Source: an uncultured Gemmatimonadaceae bacterium (GTDB taxonomy: Bacteria > Gemmatimonadota > Gemmatimonadetes > Gemmatimonadales > Gemmatimonadaceae). From it: a stretch of DNA of 64,000 nucleotides. Within the stretch, counting starts at the first letter, position 1. Each line of letters opens with the position of its first letter. Positions 43,884 through 53,094 of the stretch are shown here, piece after piece. The stretch lies in the NCBI GenBank assembly GCA_963716745.1, contig OY970320.1, positions 2,208,001 through 2,272,000 of the forward strand. The letters are read 5' to 3'. A model generated the notes under the pieces. That model saw only the letters and a list, made by a program, of their open reading frames with translations. It was not told the DNA's origin and did no database searches. Made by a program: the position numbers and the translations under genes.

Positions 43884-44282
43884 ATGAAAACCCTGCTCGT
43901 CGTTCCCGCGCTGCTGCTCGCGCACCACGCCTTCTTCGCCGACTTCACCTTCAATGTGCCGGTGAATCTGCAGGACTACCAGCAGCCGTCCACATACGTC
44001 GGCTCGTCGCAGTCCATCTACTGCGTGGTGCTCACGGGAACCACGGAGCTAGGCACCGGACGCACGCCGATCTCGATCCCGGCGAGCGGGAACTTCAACG
44101 CCACGGTGAGCGTGGCGGTCACGATGCGCTCAGGACACGCGCCGGGCGAGGCGACGGATTACCGCTGCTACTTCACGGTGGCCGACGGCGTGACCGCCGC
44201 CAGCGCGGTCTCAAGCGGGCAGCTGCACCCGCGCTCGGGAACGACGCCGGTGCTCCTCGTGAGCGGGCACATCACGCATTAG
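43884..44282 (+). CDS. Secreted two-Cys beta-rich protein (paralog of 42970-43458)
   Basis: Signal peptide; DFTFNVP...CVV...ELGTG...A.DYRC. Confidence 0.78.
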   Translation: MKTLLVVPALLLAHHAFFADFTFNVPVNLQDYQQPSTYVGSSQSIYCVVLTGTTELGTGRTPISIPASGNFNATVSVAVTMRSGHAPGEATDYRCYFTVADGVTAASAVSSGQLHPRSGTTPVLLVSGHITH

Positions 44283-46730
44283 TAGATCGCGTCCTCGTCC
44301 TCGCCGAAGGGATCGCCCGGCGGCGCGCGCAGCGCCGGCGTGAATGACGGGAGGGTGCCCTCCTCCTGATAGTGCGCGATGTCGCTCGCGATGAGCGACC
44401 AGAAAGCGCGGTCCTCCACGCTGCCCGTGGCGGACCGCGTTTTCGCCATGGTCTTCCACGCGCCCAGCTTGTACGCCGCGATCGCGCGCACCTGACCGAG
44501 CGCGGTGGAATCGGCCGCGAGCAGCATCACGCGGTCCACCAGCGCTCGGCGCGAGACCTTGAGCAGCGCCTCGCTCTTGGGGTCGGTGCCACTCTTCGTG
44601 AGCGTCGCCGCGGCGAGCGCGTCGATGGTCTCGCTCAGCGTGAGCGGATTGGTCTGGTGCGGCGCGAACTCCACCAAGCGCGCCGCGCGGTCCTTCTGCA
44701 GCACGTTGTCGATGATCATCTGCGCGAGCGTGCGCGCGGCGCCGAACTCGTCGAACGCCGGCCGCGTGCGGCTCGCGAAGCTCTCCACACCGCCGCCGTA
44801 GCCCGGCGGGGCTGGGGCGAGCAGCCGCAGAATGGTGTCGGGGATCGCGAGCTCACTCGGTGACAGGGCGCCCACCAGCATCTTGAGCGCCGCGCGTTGC
44901 CGCGTGGGATCGATGAGCCGCGTCGCGTTCTCGCCGTCGCCACGCACGGCGAATGAATATTCCATGCCGCCGAGCGTACGCGCGGTGGCGCTGATGCCGA
45001 AGCGATGGAAGAGATAGAGCGGCACGAACCGGTCGTGCAGCAGCGCCACCGCTTCGCCCTCGCGAATGTTGCGGAGCCCGAACTCCTTCATCGCCACGCG
45101 CCGCACATCCATCTGGCGCTGAAGGAAGAGCGTGGCCGTCGCGGCGTCGTCCCAGAGATTCGTGCGCGGGTCGGAGCTGAAATCCGGGCGCGCATCCTGG
45201 TCGGTAAGGTACAGGTATCCCTTCTTCAATCCCTCGGTCATGATCGCCTTGAGCGAGTCCGCTTCGCTCGCCGCGGGGAAAATGCCGTAGCCCCACCGGA
45301 TGGCCCACACATCGTAATCTCCCGGGCCCATCGCGTACGCCTGGCTTACATCCACGGCGCCCTTCGCGTCGAGCATGATGCGCGGCGCTGGATAATCCAT
45401 GACGGATCCGCGCTCGTACGTGCTCGCGATGTAATTGTGCGCCATCCCCAGCGTGTGCCCGATCTCGTGCGCCGTGACCTGGCGCACGCGGCCGAGCACG
45501 AAGTGCGTATCCGCCGGCGATGGATCGGCTCCCATAAGCGCAGCGTAGAGATTGTACGCGGTGCGATTCCGGTGCGAATCCATGTGCGCGACGCCCTTGA
45601 GATTCTCGCCGGTGCGCGGATCGCCGAGCGATCCGCCGAAGCTCCAGCCGCGCTCGTTGCGATTGATCCAGAGCACCATGTTGTAGCGCACATCCATGGG
45701 ATCGGCGCCGGCGGGAAGATCTCTCACGACGAAGCCGCCCTTGAGCCCCGCACGGTCGAACGCCTCGCTCCAGAACTTCGCGCCCGTGACCGACGCCGAG
45801 TGCATCGGCTCCGGGATCGCGGGGTCGATGTAGTAGACGATCGGATTCTTGATCGGGCTGTTCGGATCGTTCGGGTTCGTGCGCTCGAGGCGGAAGCGCG
45901 AGATCCAGTGCACGTCGAGCCGGCCCTGCACGGGCTGGCCGAAGTCCTTGAAATCCACGCCGAAGAATCCGATGCGCGGGTCGGCGACGCGAGGGCGGTA
46001 CTCATCGTTCGGCAGACGCACGAGGCTGTAGTGCACGCGCAGCGTGAACGCGCGCCCGTCGGCCGCGACCTGGCTCACGGTGTTACCCGGCGTGCCGTTC
46101 GCGACGAACGTCTGCGCGATGTCGATCTCGGTGTTGTCGGGAAATGCCTTCGTGAACGGTGTGTACACGCTCGAGCGGTCCTTCGACAGCGAGTAATTCC
46201 CCTCGTGCTCGCTCTGCAGCCGCTCGCCAACCGAGAGCCAGTCGCGCACGAACAGATCAGTTGCATCCACGAGGATCCGCCCGTTCTCGCTCGCGAGTAC
46301 CGGCATGCTCGCCATGGTGCTCGGCGGGAACGATTCCATCACCGACTCGCCATTGGGCGAATTCGCGCCGAGCGAGCTGCGGTATTTCCAATTCTCGACG
46401 ACGAGCAGCAGGCGATCGCCGGTGCGCTGCACGTGCACGACGCGGTCGTCGTCTGCCGCGCCGCGATCGAAGCCAAGCGGATTGGAGCCAAGCCCAGTGG
46501 CTTCCTGTGCGAAGAGGAGGAAACGCATCGAGTCGCGCGGCAGCTCGAGCAGGATCTTCCCGTTCTTCTCGTCGAGGTAGAGGGGAATGAAGCCGTCGCG
46601 CTTCTCCATGCCGCTGGTCTTGGACGCGATCGTGGCAGGGCCGGACGAAGCGGGCTGTTGTTGTGTGGCGGCAGGAAGCCGCGAGGGAGAGAGCGGCGAG
46701 AACGGAGAGCGCGCGCGAGAATTTCAGCAT
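44279..46730 (-). CDS. Zinc-dependent metalloprotease (DUF5117/DUF4953, EcxA-like); frameshift near 46670
   Basis: HEIGHTLGMAHN, SVMDYP Met-turn, PR.AD.RIGFF, PIVYYID; signal peptide MLKFSRALS lies in another frame. Confidence 0.88.
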
Positions 46731-46787
46731 GGCTCGGGTGTGTCGAGGGGAGGTCATTATGGCGCGCGGGGAGCGCAAGTTCAACTA

Positions 46788-46865
46788 CAGACTGAGACGT
46801 TAGACTTAGACTTAGAATGCGCGAGCAGTGAGTAGTCTAACGTCTTAGTCTAACGTCTCAGTCTG
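46788..46865. repeat. Palindromic element family C, copy 1 (AGAC(G)TT-unit arms)
   Basis: CAGACTGAGACGTTAGACT...AGTCTAACGTCTCAGTCTG. Confidence 0.85.
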
Positions 46866-46880
46866 CAGGTACGACTCAGA

Positions 46881-47264
46881 ATGCCGCCTCCGCCGACGAT
46901 CTCGAAGGTTCTCTCAAGGGCTCTCCGCCGTAGATGTCCCAACTGCGGCGCCCAGCCCATCTTCGTCGACTGGTTCCACATGACGCCCGGCTGCATGCAC
47001 TGCGGGCTCGCGCTCGAGCGCGGCGAGGAGGGATACCAGGTGGGCGCGTACATGATCAACATCGGCGCGTCGCTCTTGCTGTTCGTGCTCGGGTTCCTCG
47101 GCGCGTTGCTGGCCACGTGGCCCTCGCCACCATGGGCAGTCATCACGTATGTTGGCGCGGCGCTGATGGTCGCCTTCCCGATATTCTTTTATCCCTATTC
47201 CAAGACGCTCTTCCTGGGCTTCGACATCTTGATCCATCCACCATTCGAACCGGGTGACACGTGA
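46881..47264 (+). CDS. DUF983 domain membrane protein
   Basis: RCPNCG, CMHCG, two TM helices, YPYSK. Confidence 0.82.
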   Translation: MPPPPTISKVLSRALRRRCPNCGAQPIFVDWFHMTPGCMHCGLALERGEEGYQVGAYMINIGASLLLFVLGFLGALLATWPSPPWAVITYVGAALMVAFPIFFYPYSKTLFLGFDILIHPPFEPGDT

Positions 47265-48850
47265 GCCCGCGGCGCACGCGCAGCATCGTCGTGGGCGGAG
47301 CGCCGCGCTGGCGCACGGGACCCATCCTGTCGCCGGCGGCGATCGAATTCGTCACCGAGCTGGTGCGCACGCACCGCCCAACGCTGGCCAAGCTCCTCAC
47401 GCGCCGCGCCGAGCGAGCGAGAGAGATGGATGCGCGCGCGGCCGCCGGGCAGCCGATCCTCGATTTCCTCGAGAGCACGCGCACGGTGCGCGAGAGTGAA
47501 TGGACATGTGCGCCGATCCCCGCCGACCTGCGCGACCGCCGCGTGGAGATCACGGGTCCCGTGGATCGCAAGATGGTGATCAACGCGCTCAACTCCGGCG
47601 CGCGCGTGTTCATGGCGGACTTCGAGGATTCCACGACGCCCACGTGGGCGAATCTCATCGCCGGCCAGCAGAACCTGTACGACGCCGTGCGCCGCACGAT
47701 CACGTTCGAAGCTGGCGGCAAGCAGTACGCGCTCAGTGCGAAGACCGCCGTGCTCATGGTGCGCCCGCGCGGACTGCATTTACCGGAAGCGCACTTCATG
47801 GTGGACGGCGAGCCTGCGCCGGGCGCGCTCTTCGATTTTGGATTGTACTTCTTCCATAATGCCAAGGCGCTCCTCGAACGCGCTACGGCGCCGTACTTCT
47901 ATCTCCCCAAGCTCGAGAGCCATCTCGAAGCGCGGCTCTGGAACGACGTATTCATCCAGGCGCAGCGCGCACTCGGCGTGCCACTCGGAACGATCCGCGC
48001 GACGGTGCTCATCGAGACGCTGCCCGCCGCGTTCGAGATGGACGAGATCCTGCACGAGCTGCGCCAGCACGCCGCCGGCCTGAACTGCGGTCGCTGGGAT
48101 TACATCTTCTCGTTCATCAAGAAGCATCGCGCGAGCAGCGCCGCGATCCTACCCGACCGCGCGCAGATCACGATGGACAAGGGATTCTTGCGCGCGTACT
48201 CGCAGCTCCTCATCCGCACCTGCCACCACCGTGGCGTGCACGCGATGGGCGGCATGGCGGCGCAGATCCCGATCAAGAACGATCCCGCGCGCAACGAGGC
48301 GGCGCTCGACCGCGTGCGTGCGGACAAGAAACGCGAAGCCGGCGACGGCCACGACGGCACATGGGTCGCACACCCGGGGCTCGTGCCTGTAGCGATGGAG
48401 ATCTTCGACGCCGCGATGCCCGGCCCGAACCAGATCGGGAAACTGCGTGAGGACGTGAAGTCGTCCGTCTCCGATCTCCTCAGTGTGCCCGCGGGCACGC
48501 GCACCGAGGCGGGCCTTCGGCACGATGTGCGCGTCGGCATCCAGTACATCGAGGCCTGGCTGCGCGGCGTCGGCTGCGTGCCGCTCTACGATCTCATGGA
48601 AGACGCCGCGACCGCCGAGATCAGCCGCGCGCTGGTGTGGCAGTGGCTGAAGCACGGGGTCACGGTGGGAGACGCCCCACTCACCGCCACGCGCTTCAAT
48701 GCGATCGTCGAAGAGGAGACGCGCGACTTCGCCGGCGGGAAATTCGCCGAGGCGCGGGAGATGTTCGTGTCGCTGTCCTTGGCGCCAGAGTTCGCAGATT
48801 TCTTGACGATCCCGGCATACGAGCGGATCGTGTCGGAAGAGCAGACTTAG
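47261..48850 (+). CDS. aceB: Malate synthase A
   Basis: [71 protein letters not shown]. Confidence 0.96.
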   Translation: MSPRRTRSIVVGGAPRWRTGPILSPAAIEFVTELVRTHRPTLAKLLTRRAERAREMDARAAAGQPILDFLESTRTVRESEWTCAPIPADLRDRRVEITGPVDRKMVINALNSGARVFMADFEDSTTPTWANLIAGQQNLYDAVRRTITFEAGGKQYALSAKTAVLMVRPRGLHLPEAHFMVDGEPAPGALFDFGLYFFHNAKALLERATAPYFYLPKLESHLEARLWNDVFIQAQRALGVPLGTIRATVLIETLPAAFEMDEILHELRQHAAGLNCGRWDYIFSFIKKHRASSAAILPDRAQITMDKGFLRAYSQLLIRTCHHRGVHAMGGMAAQIPIKNDPARNEAALDRVRADKKREAGDGHDGTWVAHPGLVPVAMEIFDAAMPGPNQIGKLREDVKSSVSDLLSVPAGTRTEAGLRHDVRVGIQYIEAWLRGVGCVPLYDLMEDAATAEISRALVWQWLKHGVTVGDAPLTATRFNAIVEEETRDFAGGKFAEAREMFVSLSLAPEFADFLTIPAYERIVSEEQT

Positions 48851-48921
48851 ACGTTAGACTGAGACGTTAGACTACGCACTACCCACGCCTTCTAACGTCT
48901 AAGTCTAGAGTCTAAGTCTGC
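48841..48921. repeat. Palindromic element family C, copy 2 (contains the aceB stop codon)
   Basis: GCAGACTTAGACGTTAGACTGAGACGTTAGAC...TCTAACGTCTAAGTCTAGAGTCTAAGTCTGC. Confidence 0.85.
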
Positions 48922-48955
48922 AGTTACGACGCTGGGCCAGTCGAGGTTGCCTGCA

Positions 48956-49879
48956 TCACGGCGCCTCAATGAACGTCCCATCCCTAAGGTCGCTCAAGGC
49001 TTTCCTCAGTTCCTGTTCCGTATTCATCACGATCGGCCCATACCAAGCCACGGGCTCTTCGATCGGCTTGCCGCTCACGAGCAGAAAGCGGATGCCGCGC
49101 TCGCCGGCCTGCACGGTGATCTCGTCGCCGCTGCCGAAGAGCACGAGGTTGCGGTCCTGTGCGAAATCCTCATCCGCGCGCTTCGCCTCGCCGGGCGTCA
49201 CGAGCGTGCCGACCTGCTCGGTCTCGATCGCGCGCGGCGCCGAAGCGTCGCGGAACTTTCCGTCGCCCTCGAACACATATGCGAACGCGTGCGCGCCACG
49301 CTCTACCTTGAGCGATTTCTTCTTGCCGGGCGGCACCCAAACGTCGAGGTAGCGCGGTTCAGCGGCGACGCCCTCCACCGGTCCCTTCTTTCCCCAGAAA
49401 TCGCCGACCACCACGCGCACGTGCGTGCCGTCATCGTCGGTGACTTCGGGAATGTCCTTCGCGAAGATGTCCTGATAGCGCGGGTGCGTCATCTTGAGCG
49501 ACGACGGCAGATTCGCCCACAGCTGGAAGCCGTGCATGCGTCCTTTCGCATCGCCCTGCGGCATCTCCTGGTGCATGATGCCGCGCCCCGCGGTCATCCA
49601 TTGCACGTCGCCGGCGCCGAGGCTGCCGCGATTGCCGAGACTGTCGCCATGCTCGACGGAACCGGCGAGCACGTAGGTGATGGTCTCGATGCCGCGATGC
49701 GGGTGCCAGGGGAACCCCGCGAGATAGTCGGCGGGATTCTCATTTCGGAAATCGTCGAGCAAGAGGAACGGGTCGTACTCTTCGGTGTCACCGAATCCGA
49801 AGGCGCGGCGGAGACGAACGCCCGCGCCTTCCATCGTGGGCTTGGATTCTATGATCCGTTTGACTGGACGTATGGACAT
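48956..49879 (-). CDS. Pirin family protein
   Basis: DPFLLLD, GFPWHPHRGIETITY, QWMTAGRGI.HQEMP, GPIVMNT. Confidence 0.95.
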   Translation of the reverse strand: MSIRPVKRIIESKPTMEGAGVRLRRAFGFGDTEEYDPFLLLDDFRNENPADYLAGFPWHPHRGIETITYVLAGSVEHGDSLGNRGSLGAGDVQWMTAGRGIMHQEMPQGDAKGRMHGFQLWANLPSSLKMTHPRYQDIFAKDIPEVTDDDGTHVRVVVGDFWGKKGPVEGVAAEPRYLDVWVPPGKKKSLKVERGAHAFAYVFEGDGKFRDASAPRAIETEQVGTLVTPGEAKRADEDFAQDRNLVLFGSGDEITVQAGERGIRFLLVSGKPIEEPVAWYGPIVMNTEQELRKALSDLRDGTFIEAP

Positions 49880-49884
49880 AAAGG

Positions 49885-49919
49885 GCAGACTTAGACGTTA
49901 GATCTAGACGTTAGACTAC
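49885..49919. repeat. Family C half element
   Basis: GCAGACTTAGACGTTAGATCTAGACGTTAGACTAC with no complementary arm. Confidence 0.75.
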
Positions 49920-49971
49920 AACGGCCCGCCATGGGGCTTATCTGCAAGATAGAAATCGTGTCAATGGGCCC

Positions 49972-50802
49972 TCACTTCAGGCTAGCGAGTTTGTCCTTCA
50001 TCCGCTGGCTTTGAGGGAACCTCGCCACGAGTGCGGTGAGAATCACCCTCGCCGAATCCTTTTGGCCCATCGCGATGAATGCATCCGCTTTCGTCGACTG
50101 GTAGCGGCCCCACATGCGGGAGCTGTCGGCGGGCGTGGGGAGCTTCGCGAGCACGGCCATCGCGGCGGCGCCATCCTTTTTGTCCATAATGAGCGACTGC
50201 GCGTACGCGAGCTGGATCTGCTGGTCGTTGGGGAAACGGCGCGCGAGTTCCTCGAATTCCTGCGCGGCCGCGGCCGTGTTCTTTTGATCGCGGTCGAGCA
50301 GCGCCCGGTTGTACAGCGCGGCGACAATGGTGTGATTCACGTCGGTGGTGTCCTGGGTGCGCTCGCCCACGCCGCCGGCGTACGAGTAGACCACAACGCC
50401 GCCCAGCCGCCCGACATCATAGACCTCGTAGGCGCCCCACAAACAGAGCAGTGCCGACGCCATGATGATCCACCGCTTCCACTTCGCGAGCGCCGGCACG
50501 AGCGCGAGGAGCTCGATCGCCGCGATCACGAGGAAAAGGTTCCGAAGATCCTTGCCCGCATCCTCATGCGCTTGTACCGCCGCCGCCGCGCCCGGAATGC
50601 GCTCGGAGAGTTGATGCGTGTCCGTGCCGGACTGGACGGCGAACACCGCCGCCACAGTGCCGATGAGGAGCACCGTGGTCGCCGCCCGGTCGGTCCACGG
50701 CAGCTTGCCGGTCACGGACACCACCCGGAACAGGATGCCGAGCGAGAGGCCGGCGATCACGAAATGAACGATCTGCGGATGGTAATAACCGATGTCGGGC
50801 AT
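49972..50802 (-). CDS. DUF2231-like membrane protein with C-terminal TPR
   Basis: HPQIVHF, four TM helices, HE..G, GG..VY..AG; helical C-terminus. Confidence 0.75.
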   Translation of the reverse strand: MPDIGYYHPQIVHFVIAGLSLGILFRVVSVTGKLPWTDRAATTVLLIGTVAAVFAVQSGTDTHQLSERIPGAAAAVQAHEDAGKDLRNLFLVIAAIELLALVPALAKWKRWIIMASALLCLWGAYEVYDVGRLGGVVVYSYAGGVGERTQDTTDVNHTIVAALYNRALLDRDQKNTAAAAQEFEELARRFPNDQQIQLAYAQSLIMDKKDGAAAMAVLAKLPTPADSSRMWGRYQSTKADAFIAMGQKDSARVILTALVARFPQSQRMKDKLASLK

Positions 50803-50872
50803 CAGACGGGATTCGGGTGAGGGTGATGAAGAAGCTTATCGAATCACACGTGCCGCGTTAAGTAGCTACGGC

Positions 50873-50960
50873 AACTGCTTCATGACAGGATTGACATGAT
50901 GATCATGATTGAACGGCGTGGTTCAATCATGTTCATCATGTTAATCCTGTCAAAGCAGTT
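50873..50960. repeat. Palindromic element family D, copy 1
   Basis: AACTGCTT..TGACAGGATTGACATGATGA..ATGATTGAAC-loop-GTTCAATCAT..TCATCATGTTAATCCTGTCAAAGCAGTT. Confidence 0.85.
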
Positions 50961-51902
50961 CTACTTGATAGGCTCCGCGGTGAGCGCCAGTGGCACACGT
51001 CTCAGGCCGTGCCACGCATATACGGCGCCATCCGCTCCAACAATGCGCAGCTGCGCCGATACCCCGCCGTCGAGCGCGACCGCTCTACGGCAGCCGAGCG
51101 CGCCCATGAGCGCGGCGGTCTCCGGGATCGTGAGGCCGAAGGGGATGCCTCCAAGCGATGTGCCCAGCGCATCGAATCGCGTGAGCGCCACGACGATCGT
51201 GCCGTCGGCCAGCTGGCCGATCGCCAGGCGCGCATCGCGATGTTCGAGATCGATGAGCCCGGTGGTCTCGCGCAATAGTCGCGGCACTTCGCCGCCACTC
51301 TCGAGGAGCGTGGGATACGACTGGAATGCTTCGCGCACGCCCGCGGGGTGATCGGCGGTGCCGCGCAGCCGGCGCATCGCGACGCTCGCATCGTTCTCGA
51401 ACGTGACGTTCCCCGCGGAGTCAATGATCACCGCGCTCGCGAGCGGGCCCGCACCGGGCGCACGGTACTCGACGCCGTCGTGGACGACCCATCCCCATAC
51501 CGCGCCGCCCGCGAATTGGCCGGCGTTGAACGCGACGACAGCCTCCGGTGGCGCCGCATCGATCGTCCACGTTCCCACGCCGCCATCCGGCGCGGCGCCA
51601 TTCGCCAATCCCAGCGCCACGCGACGCGGATCGATGTGCGCGACCACCACGCGCGTGCGCCACGCTTCGCCGCTGCCGGCGAGTTCCAGTTCCGCCCACC
51701 GCACGCCCGATGCCCCTTCCTTCCACTCGAGCGCTGCGCTCACGGCCGGATCGGCCGCCGTCCACCGCGCCGGCGCATCCTGCGCGCGCCACCACGTGAC
51801 CCACACTCCTTTCGTGTCGCGCACGCCCAGCGCCGCGCCGCTCGGCGGCGCGCCGAGCGACGGCAGCAGCGCCGCCAGGATCAGGAAGCGCCGGCCGATC
51901 AT
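50961..51902 (-). CDS. Phosphodiester glycosidase (NAGPA/DUF2233) family protein
   Basis: FNAGQF, QSYP.L, R.AIG, G...AV.LDGG.S. Confidence 0.8.
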   Translation of the reverse strand: MIGRRFLILAALLPSLGAPPSGAALGVRDTKGVWVTWWRAQDAPARWTAADPAVSAALEWKEGASGVRWAELELAGSGEAWRTRVVVAHIDPRRVALGLANGAAPDGGVGTWTIDAAPPEAVVAFNAGQFAGGAVWGWVVHDGVEYRAPGAGPLASAVIIDSAGNVTFENDASVAMRRLRGTADHPAGVREAFQSYPTLLESGGEVPRLLRETTGLIDLEHRDARLAIGQLADGTIVVALTRFDALGTSLGGIPFGLTIPETAALMGALGCRRAVALDGGVSAQLRIVGADGAVYAWHGLRRVPLALTAEPIK

Positions 51903-51909
51903 GCGGTGC

Positions 51910-52870
51910 CTACTTCGCCGCCGCCTTGCACTTCGCCATCGCCGCGTTCTGCAGCTGCGACATTGTCTGCGCGTATTGCATCAGCTTCGCCGTGTCGCCC
52001 GCCTTCTGCGCGGCTTCCATGTCGGCCTTGTGTGCCGCGGCATAGTCCTGCGCCGCCTTCGATTCCTTCTGGAAGCAGGCGGCGAACGTCATCGAGCCGA
52101 CGCCCGACGCCGCGGCGGCGCCCGCCGGCATCGCCGCCGCCGGGGGCGGCGCGTTCTGGGCCGCGATCATGGCATCGGTCTTGTATCGCACACCGAGCAG
52201 TTGCGCGAGTTCAATGCGGTGTGCCTTCACCGCGGCGATCTCCGCCGCCGAGAATCCATTCGGATGTCCCCACGCCGAGATCTGCTGGCTGGTGGCGTTC
52301 GGGTTCGTCGCGAGCGCGTTCACGAGCATCGGCATCACATCCACGACGGCGGTCCAGCCGCAATAGTCGAAATCGCCGGCATGCTCGGCGGCCACATCCA
52401 GTCGATCGTTGCCCGCCTTCTGAGTTTCCCACGGGAGGTGCGGCAGCGTCACCGATTGAGGATCCGGTTTCACGCCCTGCATCTGCCGCGCCGCCGAGGT
52501 GTCGCCCGATTGCACGCGTTTCTGCAGCGCCAGATACTTGTCCCAGTCGGGGCCCGTCTGGTTGTCGAAGTCGTACTCGCGCCGTTGGAGGCTCCGCTGC
52601 TGCATCAGCGCGGCGTAGTACTGTCCCGTGGGCGAATTCTCTTTCGCGATCACGCCCATCATCGAGTCGCGCGCCTGGAGCGCCTTCATGTAGCGTGCGA
52701 CGAGATCGTCGGTGACCGTCGGCGCGCCCGCGTCGCACTTGGGCGGCTTCGCGCTCGGCGTGCTGGCCGTCGGCGTGCTCGGCAACTTCGGCGTCGGCAA
52801 TCCGAATTGAGCGTTCGCGGACATGACGAACAGGAAAAGCGATGGCGACGATCGAGAGCGAGCGGGTCAT
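51910..52870 (-). CDS. Hypothetical secreted helical protein (frameshift near 52836)
   Basis: MTRSLSIVAIAF joins LFVMSANAQFGLP if one T is removed from a T-run; AGGAG RBS. Confidence 0.7.
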
Positions 52871-52916
52871 CGGTCGGCTCCTGATTGGATGGCGTGTTTC
52901 GAGCTAACGAACTGAT

Positions 52917-53006
52917 ACAACTGCTTTGACAGGATTAACATGATGAATGTGATTGAACTGCGCCGTTCAATCATTCTCATCATGTAAATCCTGTCAAAGC
53001 AGTTGT
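52917..53006. repeat. Palindromic element family D, copy 2 (inverted relative to copy 1)
   Basis: ACAACTGCTTTGACAGGATTAACATGATGA...TCATCATGTAAATCCTGTCAAAGCAGTTGT. Confidence 0.85.
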
Positions 53007-53094
53007 TAAGATATGGCGATACCGCGAGACCGGAGCCGTGACCATGGCCGTCTCCCGTTCCGCGTCGTCCGTTCGCGGACTAAACTACCTCTTA

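Noticed and set aside
42272..44282. Canonical curli or Fap operon
   Set aside because: Repeats lack the QxGxxN and NxAxV-type motifs, and no CsgG/FapF-like channel gene is in the window
46788..49919. Family C as integron attC sites (contains GTTAGAC and GTCTAAC)
   Set aside because: The order is GTTRRRY first and RYYYAAC last, the reverse of attC; neighbouring genes are in mixed orientation and include housekeeping aceB; no integrase was seen
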